Positions 1-10,249 of a stretch of DNA of 21,753 nt are shown one piece after another. Position 1 is the first letter of the stretch, and every line of letters starts with the position of its first letter. The DNA is from a virus. Taxonomy: Duplodnaviria; Heunggongvirae; Uroviricota; Caudoviricetes. Under the pieces are notes generated by a model. The model ran no database searches and had not been told where the DNA came from. It was given only the letters and a program-made list of their open reading frames with translations. The stretch lies in IMG/VR virus record IMGVR_UViG_2526164691_000017, positions 1 through 21,753 of that record; one strand, 5' to 3'. A program made the position numbers and the translations under genes.

Positions 1-116
1 CGGGTGACGGCACCATAACCAGTCCTGCAGGATCAGGTAGCCATCAGTGGATTCAACCAGCTCCTGACGCTGGGCGCTGTAAGTGCCGTTATAGTTGCGC
101 GCTGTACTGGAAAAAC

Positions 117-1142
117 TCAGACGACTGCCCGCCGCCACGGCACGTCAACTGACCAATTACGAAAAGTTTCAAGGTTAGGATTGGGGCGATCCGACTTCAC
201 CATTCCGATTTCTTCGCCGGGTTTCAGATCGTCGTAAATAATGCCCGGCTGAATGGTAAGCTCACGTTCATTCTCCTTTCTGCCATTACCATCCGGTTCA
301 TAGCTCTGCCCGTCGCCTTTCCGGATGTACATCCCCAGAGCAGCGGCGATCCTTGCTGCAGTCAGCTCAGAATCTTCATATTCTTTCAGGGCACTGAGGC
401 GGATCAGCACACCGGACAATAAAGACGTCCCGCGCATCTGGTGCAGACGGCGAACAAATTTAAGATGCAGCATTCGCTCTGCATCCACTTCTTTGGTTTC
501 CATCTGCCGTCCGGATACGGGACGACTTTTATACACCAGATATTTTTCGGGACGCCCCCAGTCATCAACAAACACGCCCTGATTCAGCCTGTTGCTCTCA
601 TCACTGGTCATGGGAATAAAGTCCGGCTCGAGCGCCTCCAGCCAGAAATGAACACCGGCAGAAGGCGCCAGGCTGTTTATGCGCCCGGAAACCATCTGGG
701 CAAACACCTCACCATCGCGCAGCCAGGTACGCAGCATCAGACGTTCCAGCATCGGACGGGTAAACTGCCCGGTGACCTCCGGACTGACAGACCATTCACT
801 CCATCGGGTACGTATCTCCGCTGCCAGGTCACGGGCAATGGCCCCATTGCGTAATACCGGATGTGGCTCGACAATAATCCCGTTTTTCCCCACCACCCGT
901 TCTTCCAGCTTGTCAAATACACCAATGACCAGATCGTGGTTGTTATCAAGGTAACGGGCCTGCTCACGTAACGACACGGCCCCGTACTGGCTTAACTGGT
1001 CGGCAGTTCGGTTCTCCCGTCGGGCTTTGTGTGTCCGCGTCGTTTTTACGGCCTCATAAGCCTGGATCACCGCACGGGAACGCAGCCTTGCCGCTTTCCA
1101 TCCTGGTGAAAAAACGCCAATCACATCATCAAGAATTGCCAT
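117..1142 (-). CDS. Phage portal protein, apparently truncated at 341 aa (possible frameshift near 117-144)
   Basis: ORF 117..1214; likely start is the ATG at 1140-1142, overlapping the stop of the upstream gpW-like gene (TGATG). Position after large terminase and gpW matches lambda A-W-B order. 341 aa is short for a portal, and another frame stays open from about 144 to the window's left edge. Confidence 0.55.
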   Translation of the reverse strand: MAILDDVIGVFSPGWKAARLRSRAVIQAYEAVKTTRTHKARRENRTADQLSQYGAVSLREQARYLDNNHDLVIGVFDKLEERVVGKNGIIVEPHPVLRNGAIARDLAAEIRTRWSEWSVSPEVTGQFTRPMLERLMLRTWLRDGEVFAQMVSGRINSLAPSAGVHFWLEALEPDFIPMTSDESNRLNQGVFVDDWGRPEKYLVYKSRPVSGRQMETKEVDAERMLHLKFVRRLHQMRGTSLLSGVLIRLSALKEYEDSELTAARIAAALGMYIRKGDGQSYEPDGNGRKENERELTIQPGIIYDDLKPGEEIGMVKSDRPNPNLETFRNWSVDVPWRRAVV

Positions 1143-1360
1143 CAGAACCTCGCCAGCCGGTACCCGGGATGCCCCCGTCGTCGTGTAATCAGAGCCGCAA
1201 GGCGGCGCTCCCACTCCTGCCGTCCCTGCCGGATCTCAGATAAGTTTTCCATGGTCATCTGCTGACCATTAAAGGTGACGGATTTTCCGTCCAGCACCGC
1301 CATTTCAGCTTCCGTATAACGCTGAATCATGGCTTCAATATCATTCTGGTTCATAACCAT
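1142..1360 (-). CDS. gpW-like head-tail joining protein (72 aa)
   Basis: Small ORF between large terminase and portal; C-terminal RRRGxPG tail resembles lambda gpW as remembered; stop overlaps the portal start. Confidence 0.55.
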   Translation of the reverse strand: MVMNQNDIEAMIQRYTEAEMAVLDGKSVTFNGQQMTMENLSEIRQGRQEWERRLAALITRRRGHPGYRLARF

Positions 1361-1644
1361 CCTCCGGAAGTCAGCCAGGGGTTAACATCGTCAGTTACTG
1401 TTTTCTTCCGTTTTTGTTTTTTAACTAGGCGTGGATACCGGTTCCGGTGAGGATGACGGTTCGGTACTGTCCTGGACACACTCCAGCCAGGTCTCCGGCT
1501 CGCCCACTCCGGTGCATCCGGCCAGCGGATCTTTTCGTATCCATGCAGAATGACCAGAGCCTCGGCATACACCATCAGGTCGAAAAGCTTCGTTGGCACC
1601 GCGACCCGGCTTACTCCATTTCCCGTCACTGCTCCGCTCTTCAT
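1351..1644 (-). CDS. Hypothetical 97-aa basic protein between large terminase and gpW
   Basis: ORF start overlaps the terminase stop (TAATG) and its end overlaps the gpW start by 10 nt; Lys/Arg-rich centre. No homolog recognised. Confidence 0.3.
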   Translation of the reverse strand: MKSGAVTGNGVSRVAVPTKLFDLMVYAEALVILHGYEKIRWPDAPEWASRRPGWSVSRTVPNRHPHRNRYPRLVKKQKRKKTVTDDVNPWLTSGGWL

Positions 1645-3452
1645 TACGTCAGTTCGTCGTAAAACCAGCTCCCCAGCCAGTCAGGGAAATGCACATAGCC
1701 GGGACCTGGCGAGTCACGCCATAACGCGTTATTCACCCGGTCTTTCAGGGCATCCGTCTGAAGAAGCCAGAGCGGCACATCACCTGCGGCCTGCGCCCGT
1801 CGGCCCGTTCGTCCGGTGTTATCAGGGAATGTACGGGTGATCAGTTTTGCGCGCCGGATGCTGTCGCCCTTAAACAGGTAAATACGTTTACCAAGGCCAT
1901 CACGACGGCAACGACGCCAGAATTTATAGGCATTATCAGTGACCCCGTCTTCACCGCCGGAGTCCACCGCCATTGCCATCAGTCGCATTTGTTGAGAAGG
2001 GTCGGAGGCCAGCGGCCAGCTTTTATGAAAAACATCCGTCAGCAGGACATCCCAGTCTTCCGGATAGCTGGCTGGATCAATTCGCTGGCTCTCCCCGTCG
2101 CTGTCACCGCGCAATGACTGCGTGATGTTGTAACGATCAATAATCCAGCGTTCGCCACGGCTGCCATAGCCCGTTACCTGAACCACAAAACGGCGATGAC
2201 GTCCCGCCTGCACATCCACTGTCGCCACAAGGAAATTAACGCCATCCGGCACACTGCGGGAAGGAACTGGCTCTGCCCGCTGCTCAAGCAATTCACTTTT
2301 TCGTTGCTCCATGCTGGCACGAGGAAGATAAGGCAATCCCCAGTCGGTGTTGATAACCGCCCTGAGTGTTTCTTCGCTTCCTGTCGCTTCATACTCCTGT
2401 TCTGCAGTCAGTAATTTGTAAACCAGTTGCGCCCAGGTCTGATACGCAGCAGCTGGCCCTTCCATCCAGAAACTGGCGATACGGGAGCGGCGCGGTTCAC
2501 CGGAAACGTTGCCGTTACGATCAATGACCTGACCTTCACGCAACCAGACTCCTGCACTATTGAGCTCACGCTTTTTCTCCGCAGTGATAATGCCGCTGCA
2601 GTGCGGGCAAAGTAGATACGCCGCCTCACTGGCTTTAAAGGGATCCGGTTCATTACGGTAGCCGGTCATGGCATCCATGGCTGGCTGAAAATATTCACCG
2701 CAGTGCGGACATGACCAGTACCAGCGGCGGCGGTCACCACGATTGTAAAGGGAAAGAATACCAGTCGTCGGTGGCGCTTCATGAGGCGACTTACGTCGCC
2801 ATTTGCTGTCGCAGATGTCACGTCCCGGCGAGCTCTCCACCAGAGTCATCCCGGCGGACATAAATGTGGTGGTACGTTTTGAGGCCAGGGAGAAACCATC
2901 ACCCTCGCTGTCGATATTCTCCGGAAAACGGTCGTAATCGGTTAAGGCGACAAACCGGTAATCCGACGACGACATAATGTTGACCGAGGGCCAACCAATT
3001 TTAAGGAACGAGCCATCCCTGAACGTCTTATCATGGACATTATTGTCGTTACGACGTGGACTCATTCTTTTCTTTACCGCCGCACTGCTTCTGAACGTTC
3101 TGTCGAGGCGCTTTTTAGAATGCTCGCGGGCCTTATCTTCGGTCATCTGCACAACGAGCATGTCCGAAGGATCGCAAACGATGGTATAGACAATCCATCC
3201 ATCGATCAGACCAATGGTCTTCCCTGTTCGCGCAGGACCAACAAAAATCACCGCATCGTATTCACGCGATGCCAGGCAGTTCATGGGCTCAATGATGTAG
3301 GGTGTCAGTTCAGGATCCCATGGCACCGAGTTACCAGCCCCCTTGTGAACACGCATGAATTTTTTAACAGCCTCCGAAATCGGCATGCGACGTGGTGGGG
3401 AAAATCCTGCCGATATGTCCCTTCCCAAATTTCGGGCTGATGAAAAACCCAT
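1644..3452 (-). CDS. Terminase large subunit, lambda GpA family (602 aa)
   Basis: Architecture matches lambda gpA as remembered, including CPHCGE zinc-binding motif and C-terminal GYVHFP; GGAGG RBS 5-9 nt upstream of ATG at 3452; directly downstream of the Nu1-like gene. Confidence 0.85.
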   Translation of the reverse strand: MGFSSARNLGRDISAGFSPPRRMPISEAVKKFMRVHKGAGNSVPWDPELTPYIIEPMNCLASREYDAVIFVGPARTGKTIGLIDGWIVYTIVCDPSDMLVVQMTEDKAREHSKKRLDRTFRSSAAVKKRMSPRRNDNNVHDKTFRDGSFLKIGWPSVNIMSSSDYRFVALTDYDRFPENIDSEGDGFSLASKRTTTFMSAGMTLVESSPGRDICDSKWRRKSPHEAPPTTGILSLYNRGDRRRWYWSCPHCGEYFQPAMDAMTGYRNEPDPFKASEAAYLLCPHCSGIITAEKKRELNSAGVWLREGQVIDRNGNVSGEPRRSRIASFWMEGPAAAYQTWAQLVYKLLTAEQEYEATGSEETLRAVINTDWGLPYLPRASMEQRKSELLEQRAEPVPSRSVPDGVNFLVATVDVQAGRHRRFVVQVTGYGSRGERWIIDRYNITQSLRGDSDGESQRIDPASYPEDWDVLLTDVFHKSWPLASDPSQQMRLMAMAVDSGGEDGVTDNAYKFWRRCRRDGLGKRIYLFKGDSIRRAKLITRTFPDNTGRTGRRAQAAGDVPLWLLQTDALKDRVNNALWRDSPGPGYVHFPDWLGSWFYDELT

Positions 3453-3460
3453 TATTCCTC

Positions 3461-3987
3461 CTAGAGACTCTCTCCTTCCTCATCAGGAATTAATTCAGCA
3501 GCACAAGCCTCGTAGGATTTTTCCTGAAGAGTGTATCGCAGGTCATCAATGGCCTGCTGTACAACGCCGACGGCCTGAGGAGTCAGGGCGCAATCGCGTT
3601 CAAGAACATCCGGAATTGTCTCCAGAACCTGGACGACAGCCTTTCTCATGGACGAATAGACGATGACTACTTCATCAACGGGGATGAGTTTTCGCTGCTC
3701 CTTTTCCAGCTTGATCCTTTCATTTTCAGACTGGTACCAGTCCTTTCTCTCTTTCGGCTCCATACGGGATGGATCATGAACAGAGTCTGCTGCCTCATGC
3801 TTCACACTAAACAGGGCTGGCCCGACATGCTGCAGGGCGTAAACGGGGTTCCCCCTGACAGTCGCAGCCACAGGAGTGTTAGCCGCGAGGAGCCGTTTTT
3901 TACTGTGTCCCGGTGAAGCCCAAAGGCCTCAGCGATTTTAAAAACACTCCAGTAATAAGCATCACCGATCCCGCTCACATTTGACAT
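3461..3987 (-). pseudogene. Terminase small subunit (Nu1-like), frame-disrupted at a homopolymer near 3896-3901
   Basis: N-terminal part (MSNVSGIGDAYYWSVFKIAEAFGLHRDTVKN, in ORF 3802..4017) and C-terminal part (ORF 3461..3871) are in different frames. Adding one base to the T6 run (A6 on the coding strand) gives a continuous ~175-aa Nu1-like protein. GGAG RBS upstream of ATG at 3987. Confidence 0.55.
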
Positions 3988-4149
3988 AAGCAACTCCATC
4001 TGGCAGGTGAAAATCATGTTTATTTATATATTTCAATTAATTGCAAACTGGTCTAATGACAGGGAGAAAGAAATATTGTACAGGTGAAAAGAGAAATAAC
4101 TTTTAATTATCAATAAATTACCAAACATGCTGCCGCCGCCATGGAAATG

Positions 4150-4240
4150 CAAAAACTAGCCTTTTTCCGCGACGCTCCCGCCCCGTGGCAGGGGCCCCCA
4201 CCGGGAGGACCCGACAGCCTGACAGCCTGACAGCCGTGAT
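4150..4240 (-). other. cos-like site (cosN/cosB) upstream of the Nu1-like gene
   Basis: Minus strand reads GGGGCGGGAGCGTCGCGGAAAAAGGCTAGTTTTTGCATTTCC, which parallels the lambda left end GGGCGGCGACCTCGCGGGTTTTCGCTATTTATG as remembered; lies ~200 bp upstream of the Nu1 start as in lambda; adjacent 2.9-copy GACAGCCT tandem repeat at 4213..4235. Confidence 0.4.
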
Positions 4241-4371
4241 GAGCATCTGATACAGCGCTTTACATAATGGCATAGGAATAATTCAGAAGGACATCACAGC
4301 ATGCCCACACAAATTAGTGTGAGTGTCCTGTTTCTTCCTACGCACAGGACTGACGAGCATGAGGGGAAAAT

Positions 4372-4539
4372 ATGCGAACCATAAATGCCTCATCTTCAGC
4401 AATGCAACCGGCATCCGAACAGGACGATATTGTAAATTCACCTAATTACGAGGACATTGCAGTAGTTGAATTGCAGCTCTGTATTAGCCTGACAGTGACA
4501 GAATGCGATATTGACTCTGTCACAGGTGAAATAGTTTGA
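4372..4539 (+). CDS. Hypothetical small protein (55 aa)
   Basis: ATG at 4372 with GAGGGG RBS 6 nt upstream; acidic product; not in the ORF track (below 60 aa). Convergent with ORF 4560..4766. Confidence 0.2.
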   Translation: MRTINASSSAMQPASEQDDIVNSPNYEDIAVVELQLCISLTVTECDIDSVTGEIV

Positions 4540-4559
4540 ATGATTAGCAGTTATGGTGC

Positions 4560-4766
4560 TCAGTCAACCACCAGGGAATAATCCTTCGAATTCTTATCGT
4601 GCTTCACCAACGCTGCCTCAATTGCCCTGAATGCTTCCAGAGACACCTGATGTTCTATACATGCAATTACAACATCCGGGTAACTCATAGAAATGGTGCT
4701 ATTAAGCATATTTTTTACACGAATCAGATCCAACGAGACTTCATCAGCAGATTGTTCTTTATTCAT
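4560..4766 (-). CDS. Hypothetical protein (68 aa)
   Basis: ORF track; AT-rich; sits in the moron island between cos and ydfO. Not recognised. Confidence 0.3.
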   Translation of the reverse strand: MNKEQSADEVSLDLIRVKNMLNSTISMSYPDVVIACIEHQVSLEAFRAIEAALVKHDKNSKDYSLVVD

Positions 4767-5066
4767 TTTGTCGCTCCATGCGTTTGCTCGTCATCTAGCG
4801 GTTAAAATATTACTTCAAATCTTACTGCATAAAAGAGGAAAAGTATGAAAGTTTGAGTACATCGACCTTACATACATCTGTCGGTTGCATATCCCTCCTG
4901 GATGCCAGCAAGGCTCAATTTTGTTACGCAATCAACACTATTCATTAAAAACAGGCTTAATATTTGACATAAATCATCAACAAAACACAAAGAGGTCAGA
5001 CCAGATTGAAACAATAAACACGATAATGCTAACTACGCGCCATCGTATCACATGGAAGGTTTACCA

Positions 5067-5477
5067 ATGGCTCAGGCTGCCATTTTTAAAGAAATATTCG
5101 ATCAAGTGCGTAAAGATTTAAACTGTGAATTATTTTATTCTGAGCTAAAACGTCACAATGTCTCACTTTATATTTACTATTTAGCCACAGATAATATTCA
5201 CATTGTGTTAGAAAACGACAACATAGTGTTAGTAAAAGGACTCAAAAAGGTTGTAAATGTTAAATTCTCCAGAAACAAACATCTTATAGAGACCTCCTAT
5301 AATAAGTTGAAATCAAAAGAAATCACATTTCAACAATACAGGGAAAATCTTGCTAAAGCAGGAGTTTTCCGATGGGTTACAAATATCCAGGAACACCAAA
5401 GATATTACTATGCCTTTGATAACTCATTACTATTTACTGAAAGCATCCAGAAAACTACACAGATCTTACCACGCTAA
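5067..5477 (+). CDS. ydfO: YdfO/YbcV-like prophage protein (136 aa from the internal Met)
   Basis: ORF 5052..5477; starting at [11 protein letters not shown] gives 136 aa, the K-12 YdfO length; position next to gnsB matches Qin order; AT-rich. Confidence 0.55.
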   Translation: MAQAAIFKEIFDQVRKDLNCELFYSELKRHNVSLYIYYLATDNIHIVLENDNIVLVKGLKKVVNVKFSRNKHLIETSYNKLKSKEITFQQYRENLAKAGVFRWVTNIQEHQRYYYAFDNSLLFTESIQKTTQILPR

Positions 5478-5628
5478 ACCATAACGTCCGGCTTCTCTCA
5501 CTCCTGAGCCGGACTGCATTGGTTTAATAAAAACCATCAACAATTGTGATTTAGATATTCGGAACCATTCAAATATAACAAAACCCCGTAAAAACGAGGT
5601 TTATGGATAAATTTTATTATTGAATACA

Positions 5629-5802
5629 TCAGATTAAATTAATCTTGACATCATAGCTTTCAAGACCCGTCATTTTTTCCCGTGCGGTAAACTGAATACT
5701 GGTAACTTCTTTCCCGGTCTTTTTCTTAAGTTCAATAATTTTTTTTGTTATATATTCAGAAATATCTGCTTCTGCTTTTGTTTTTAAGTTTTCAATATTC
5801 AT
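5629..5802 (-). CDS. gnsB: GnsB-family protein (57 aa)
   Basis: Manual minus-strand translation gives MNIENLKTKAEADISEYITKKIIELKKKTGKEVTSIQFTAREKMTGLESYDVKINLI, closely matching K-12 GnsB as remembered (FTAREKMTGLESYDVKI); GAGG RBS; not in the ORF track (below 60 aa). Confidence 0.7.
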   Translation of the reverse strand: MNIENLKTKAEADISEYITKKIIELKKKTGKEVTSIQFTAREKMTGLESYDVKINLI

Positions 5803-5973
5803 CATTTCCTCTTTTAGTCTGTTATGACTTTCCAGTTACACAGTAAGTCGATTATATGGTGCAAACGTGTAAAAGATAAGATGAAACATCGCAATAATCA
5901 ACATACGATAGTCTAAATTTTACACAAACAGACAAAGAAAATTTTCCTGAATTATCAATACAATAGCATCAAA

Positions 5974-6129
5974 TCAACTCAAGAGCCTTATTGCTGCTTC
6001 CAGAATTTCTTCTGAAGTAACATGTCGATCCGCGGCTACATAAATGACTTTATGATCTCCGGTCAGAGATGGAAACCCTGCGGCCATTACAGTAAGGTGT
6101 GTTTTTTCGCCATTTGGATATTCACGCAT
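5974..6129 (-). CDS. ynfN: YnfN-like small protein (51 aa from internal Met)
   Basis: ORF 5974..6165; starting at MREYPNGEKTHL gives exactly 51 aa; location between gnsB and cspI matches K-12 Qin order. Confidence 0.5.
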   Translation of the reverse strand: MREYPNGEKTHLTVMAAGFPSLTGDHKVIYVAADRHVTSEEILEAAIRLLS

Positions 6130-6247
6130 GATGGTGTTAACTCCAGTCATCGCTGGCACTACCACTGCTGGTTCAGAGTTAAAAAAACTATGATTTTTTT
6201 CATGATGTTACCGTAGTATGTGAGTATCCATCGAATAGATACCAAGC

Positions 6248-6267
6248 AAAAAAGCTCCCGAAGGAGC
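6248..6267 (-). terminator. Putative rho-independent terminator downstream of cspI
   Basis: GCTCC-CGAA-GGAGC hairpin followed on the minus strand by a T6 tract (A6 at 6248-6253 on plus). Confidence 0.4.
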
Positions 6268-6474
6268 CTTCATTTTCACTTTTTTAAATCCAACGACAGA
6301 CGGCTGGCATTTAAGTATTGTGAAATATTATCAAATGTAATCATCATTGATTTACAAAAGATACATTTTGCCCCGAAAGGATTCATGTCAGAAACATCAA
6401 AAGATGATGTTCTATACTGGGAACCATGACAACACGGGCATCTAAAGTGAATATGGTTTGTAATATTGTCTACC

Positions 6475-6687
6475 TCAAAGCGCCACTACATGAACAGCGG
6501 CAGGACCTTTAGGTCCGTTCTCAATACCAAATTCAACTTCCTGATTCTCAGTTAATGTTTTGAAATCGTTGCTCTGAATTGCTGAGAAATGGACAAACAC
6601 ATCTTTGCTGCCATCTTTCGGCGTGATGAAACCAAAACCTTTTTCAGGGTTAAACCATTTCACTAAACCAGTCATTTTGTTAGACAT
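6475..6687 (-). CDS. cspI: Cold-shock protein, CspA family (70 aa)
   Basis: [38 protein letters not shown] has the RNP1/RNP2 cold-shock-domain motifs; matches K-12 CspI as remembered; ~360-nt AT-rich upstream region typical of csp leaders. Confidence 0.85.
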   Translation of the reverse strand: MSNKMTGLVKWFNPEKGFGFITPKDGSKDVFVHFSAIQSNDFKTLTENQEVEFGIENGPKGPAAVHVVAL

Positions 6688-7049
6688 AATTATTACCTTT
6701 TGAAGAAATTAGCCCTTGGGCAGAATGGTCCGAAAAAAAATATCAGAGAGAAAAACCAACAAGGAAATCTCAAGAGGTACAAATAATAAAATTATAACAA
6801 TGACTGCTTCAGATAAATTTGTAACAAACCAGAACACCATTAACGCATGATTAACCACCCATAGCAAGGATTACTTTTGTAAAGAAAAACACAGCAATGA
6901 AAGAATAGCTTTATTTATTAATAAAACGTGTCATTCTGATTAAGACCTTTTATCTTACCCTTAAGATTTCAGGAATTTTGGCTCATGGAAGAGTCCTTTT
7001 TATTTAAATTTTACATTCCGCGATGTAAATGTTCCGATTTAATATTACC

Positions 7050-8073
<1,024 letters not shown>

Positions 8074-8077
<4 letters not shown>

Positions 8078-8385
8078 ATATATTTATGATGAGGACGCTC
8101 GTGCTTATTGGCAGGATTTTCAATCTTAAAGGAGTACTGATGCTGCAGATAAGACTCAACTTTTTCTGACAATTTTTCTGCTACTTCCAGGAAGACTTGC
8201 CGGACGCTCCTTCTGGCTGCTGCCTCATAAAACTCCAGCGCAGCTCCTTCAACACGGTCCATGGCGACATCCAGGTCAAAAATTTCACCGTCAAAGCGTT
8301 CCTTGTCCTGTAAGGCTACAGTTACCGTAACTTTATTCTCAAAATTACGGACTCCTTTCACAACCAGTTCATAGTCTTGAGTCAT
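8074..8385 (-). CDS. ydfR: YdfR-like protein (103 aa) between holin and endolysin
   Basis: Length and position (essQ-ydfR-rrrQ) match K-12 Qin; overlaps the endolysin start by 4 nt. Confidence 0.6.
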
Positions 8386-8389
8386 TGGA

Positions 8390-8605
8390 TTACTCTCCTC
8401 TCGCAGCCTTACGCCTGTCTTCTTTAATCTTGAAATAAAGATTTGTCAGATACGTCAGCAGGCCAAAAACCAGGCTACCCAGCACACCGATTGCAGCCCA
8501 CTGTGACGGAGTTACTTTATCGAGTAACTGTAATGCCCAGAAACCAGCATTACCCGCCGATGTGCCATAGGCAACACCTGTTGTTAACTTATCCATTGAT
8601 TTCAT
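8390..8605 (-). CDS. essQ: Class II holin, S21-type pinholin (71 aa)
   Basis: From the internal Met, [71 protein letters not shown] is 71 aa with two TM segments and a charged tail, matching phage 21 S21 and K-12 EssQ as remembered. Confidence 0.8.
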   Translation of the reverse strand: MKSMDKLTTGVAYGTSAGNAGFWALQLLDKVTPSQWAAIGVLGSLVFGLLTYLTNLYFKIKEDRRKAARGE

Positions 8606-8824
8606 ATCCTCACCCCGATGTACACGGATGGTGCAATATGTTTGAAAAAGATCGGAGTCTACGGGGTAGTTTTGACAGCACACGTTGTTCTCAACGGCGC
8701 TAAAGAAACATACACATTAAAAATGTGAGTAATTATTTTGAAAGAAAGTCATATATAAAATAATAATACGAGAAATGTTTTCATATTTAGTGTACTGTAT
8801 ACGGCCATTATACAGGAAAAGCCT

Positions 8825-8995
8825 ATGTCAGAACGTAAAGACTCAAAATCACGCCGTAATTATCTCGTTAAATGTTCCTGCCCAAACTGCACCCAAGAGT
8901 CAGAACACAGTTTTTCAAGAGTACAAAAAGGTGCCCTTTTGATCTGCCCTCATTGCAACAAAGTATTCCAGACAAATCTTAAAGCTGTAGCCTGA
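8825..8995 (+). CDS. Hypothetical small zinc-ribbon protein (56 aa; CxxC...CxxC)
   Basis: ATG at 8825 with AGGAAAA RBS; product has CPNC and CPHC pairs; followed by a strong hairpin at about 9055-9078. Confidence 0.35.
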   Translation: MSERKDSKSRRNYLVKCSCPNCTQESEHSFSRVQKGALLICPHCNKVFQTNLKAVA

Positions 8996-9054
8996 TTGAT
9001 TTTATTAGTAACAAGTATTTTTTATATTTTAATAATATATTTAAAGCAGATAAT

Positions 9055-9078
9055 AAAAAACCCGCCTGAGCGGGTTTG
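9055..9078. terminator. Rho-independent terminator hairpin (AACCCGC-CTGA-GCGGGTT), possibly bidirectional
   Basis: GC stem with tetraloop; T-rich run on the minus strand (TTTTTTATTAT) and TTTGAG on plus; downstream of cspB (minus) and the small Zn-ribbon ORF (plus). Confidence 0.55.
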
Positions 9079-9358
9079 AGATTGTGGTGCTTTTTGTGGG
9101 AGTCATCCACTTACGCACTTTGTTTTGCGATGCCAGCAGTTAGCTTCTGCTGTGAAACTATTCATGCAGCAAACCTGCACTTCACCACAATGGTTAGCAT
9201 ACTTTTCCTGATTAAGATTTTGCCAAATATGCTAGCCATTGTTTCATGTATTGGACCTCCTTACTTTTTATTAAAGAGATCCAATATTCACTACTCTGTC
9301 CGTATCTCTACTCAGGCATCAGCCTTCTTCGTTATCGTATACAGACGAGCGATGAATT

Positions 9359-9574
9359 TTAATCAGTAATGATGACATTTGCTGCTGCAGGACCTTTAGC
9401 ACCTCTCTCTATAGAGAAGGTAACCTTTTGACCTTCAAATAAGGTTCGATAATTATCATTCTGAATCGCAGAAAAATGCACAAACACATCTTTACTACCA
9501 TCAACAGGAGAAATAAAGCCGAAACCTTTATCAGCGTTAAACCATTTTACTAAACCAGTCATTTTATTTGACAT
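9359..9574 (-). CDS. cspB: Cold-shock protein, CspA family (71 aa)
   Basis: [53 protein letters not shown]; cold-shock-domain motifs; matches K-12 CspB as remembered. Confidence 0.85.
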   Translation of the reverse strand: MSNKMTGLVKWFNADKGFGFISPVDGSKDVFVHFSAIQNDNYRTLFEGQKVTFSIERGAKGPAAANVIITD

Positions 9575-9884
9575 TCTACATTCCTTAACTTGAGCCTTTC
9601 GGCATAAATGGTTTGCATAACAGAAACGACTTCGTACTTAATTGGAGAGACTCAAAGAAGGAATAAGTGAATAACACCTGAAATGAGAACTGCTTTAGTA
9701 AACTACTTCGTATATCGTCTGTTCTTCAAACCGACGCAGTCATTAACTCATAGTTGAACATATGAAGCAATGTTTATTTTAGACATCCAGCCACCTTCAA
9801 TCCTATCAAAAAAGTAGTTTTCTCCAGGAACGTGTGTATGGTGCACCAGGTTATCAGTATTAAGGAGTTTTTCTGTCCCCTAAA

Positions 9885-10081
9885 ATGACAGGAATTGTCA
9901 AAAACTTTGACTACAAAAGCAGCAAAGGTCTTATATTCCCATCCGATGGCGTATCGATGCCCAGCTTCACGTTTCAGCTCTCAATCTTCGAGATGCAGAA
10001 GAAATTACCACAGGATTACGCGTGGAATTTTGCTGGATAAATGGTTCGCGTGGACCTTCAACTGCCAATGTTTATCCCGGG
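9885..10081 (+). pseudogene. cspF: cspF-like cold-shock gene, frame-disrupted near 9950 and lacking its normal stop
   Basis: From ATG 9885 the frame gives [22 protein letters not shown] (CspF/CspH-like N-terminus) then stops after 55 codons; a second frame gives [42 protein letters not shown] (CspF-like C-terminus) and then runs on as ORF 10022..10411. A missing C at GGC(C)GT would explain the shift. Confidence 0.5.
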
Positions 10082-10117
10082 ATGAGATTCAATATCTCTA
10101 TTGCCCCATTTAAAGCA

Positions 10118-10150
10118 CAAAAACCCGCTTATAAGCGGGTTTTCTACTTT
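10118..10150. terminator. Rho-independent terminator hairpin; candidate tR'-like late terminator downstream of quuQ
   Basis: AAACCCGC-TTATAA-GCGGGTTT hairpin flanked by T-runs on both strands; lies between the Q-like gene and the lysis genes, where lambda has PR'/qut/tR'. Confidence 0.5.
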
Positions 10151-10249
10151 TTTCTAAACGTCGGATACACAAAGCCCATCGTTGAGAAAATCTTATCCAT
10201 ATTTTTTGAAAAATGCAAACATCATGTCGCCATCTTCAGCAAAAATCAT

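Noticed and set aside
2174-3440. Multiple 60-135-aa ORFs on both strands inside the large terminase gene
   Set aside because: All overlap the 602-aa terminase ORF, which has clear family features; these are typical shadow ORFs.
4213-4235. Tandem GACAGCCT repeats considered as a possible CRISPR or iteron array
   Set aside because: Only about 3 directly abutting 8-bp copies with no spacers; too short for CRISPR, and better explained as part of the cos region.
6220-6429. 69-aa plus-strand ORF downstream of cspI
   Set aside because: Sits in the AT-rich terminator/spacer region, has no RBS and is antisense-adjacent to the cspI terminator; likely spurious.
9076-9369. 97-aa plus-strand ORF between the 9055 terminator and cspB
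   Set aside because: Lies antisense in the cspB 3-prime region with odd hydrophobic composition and no RBS; likely non-coding.
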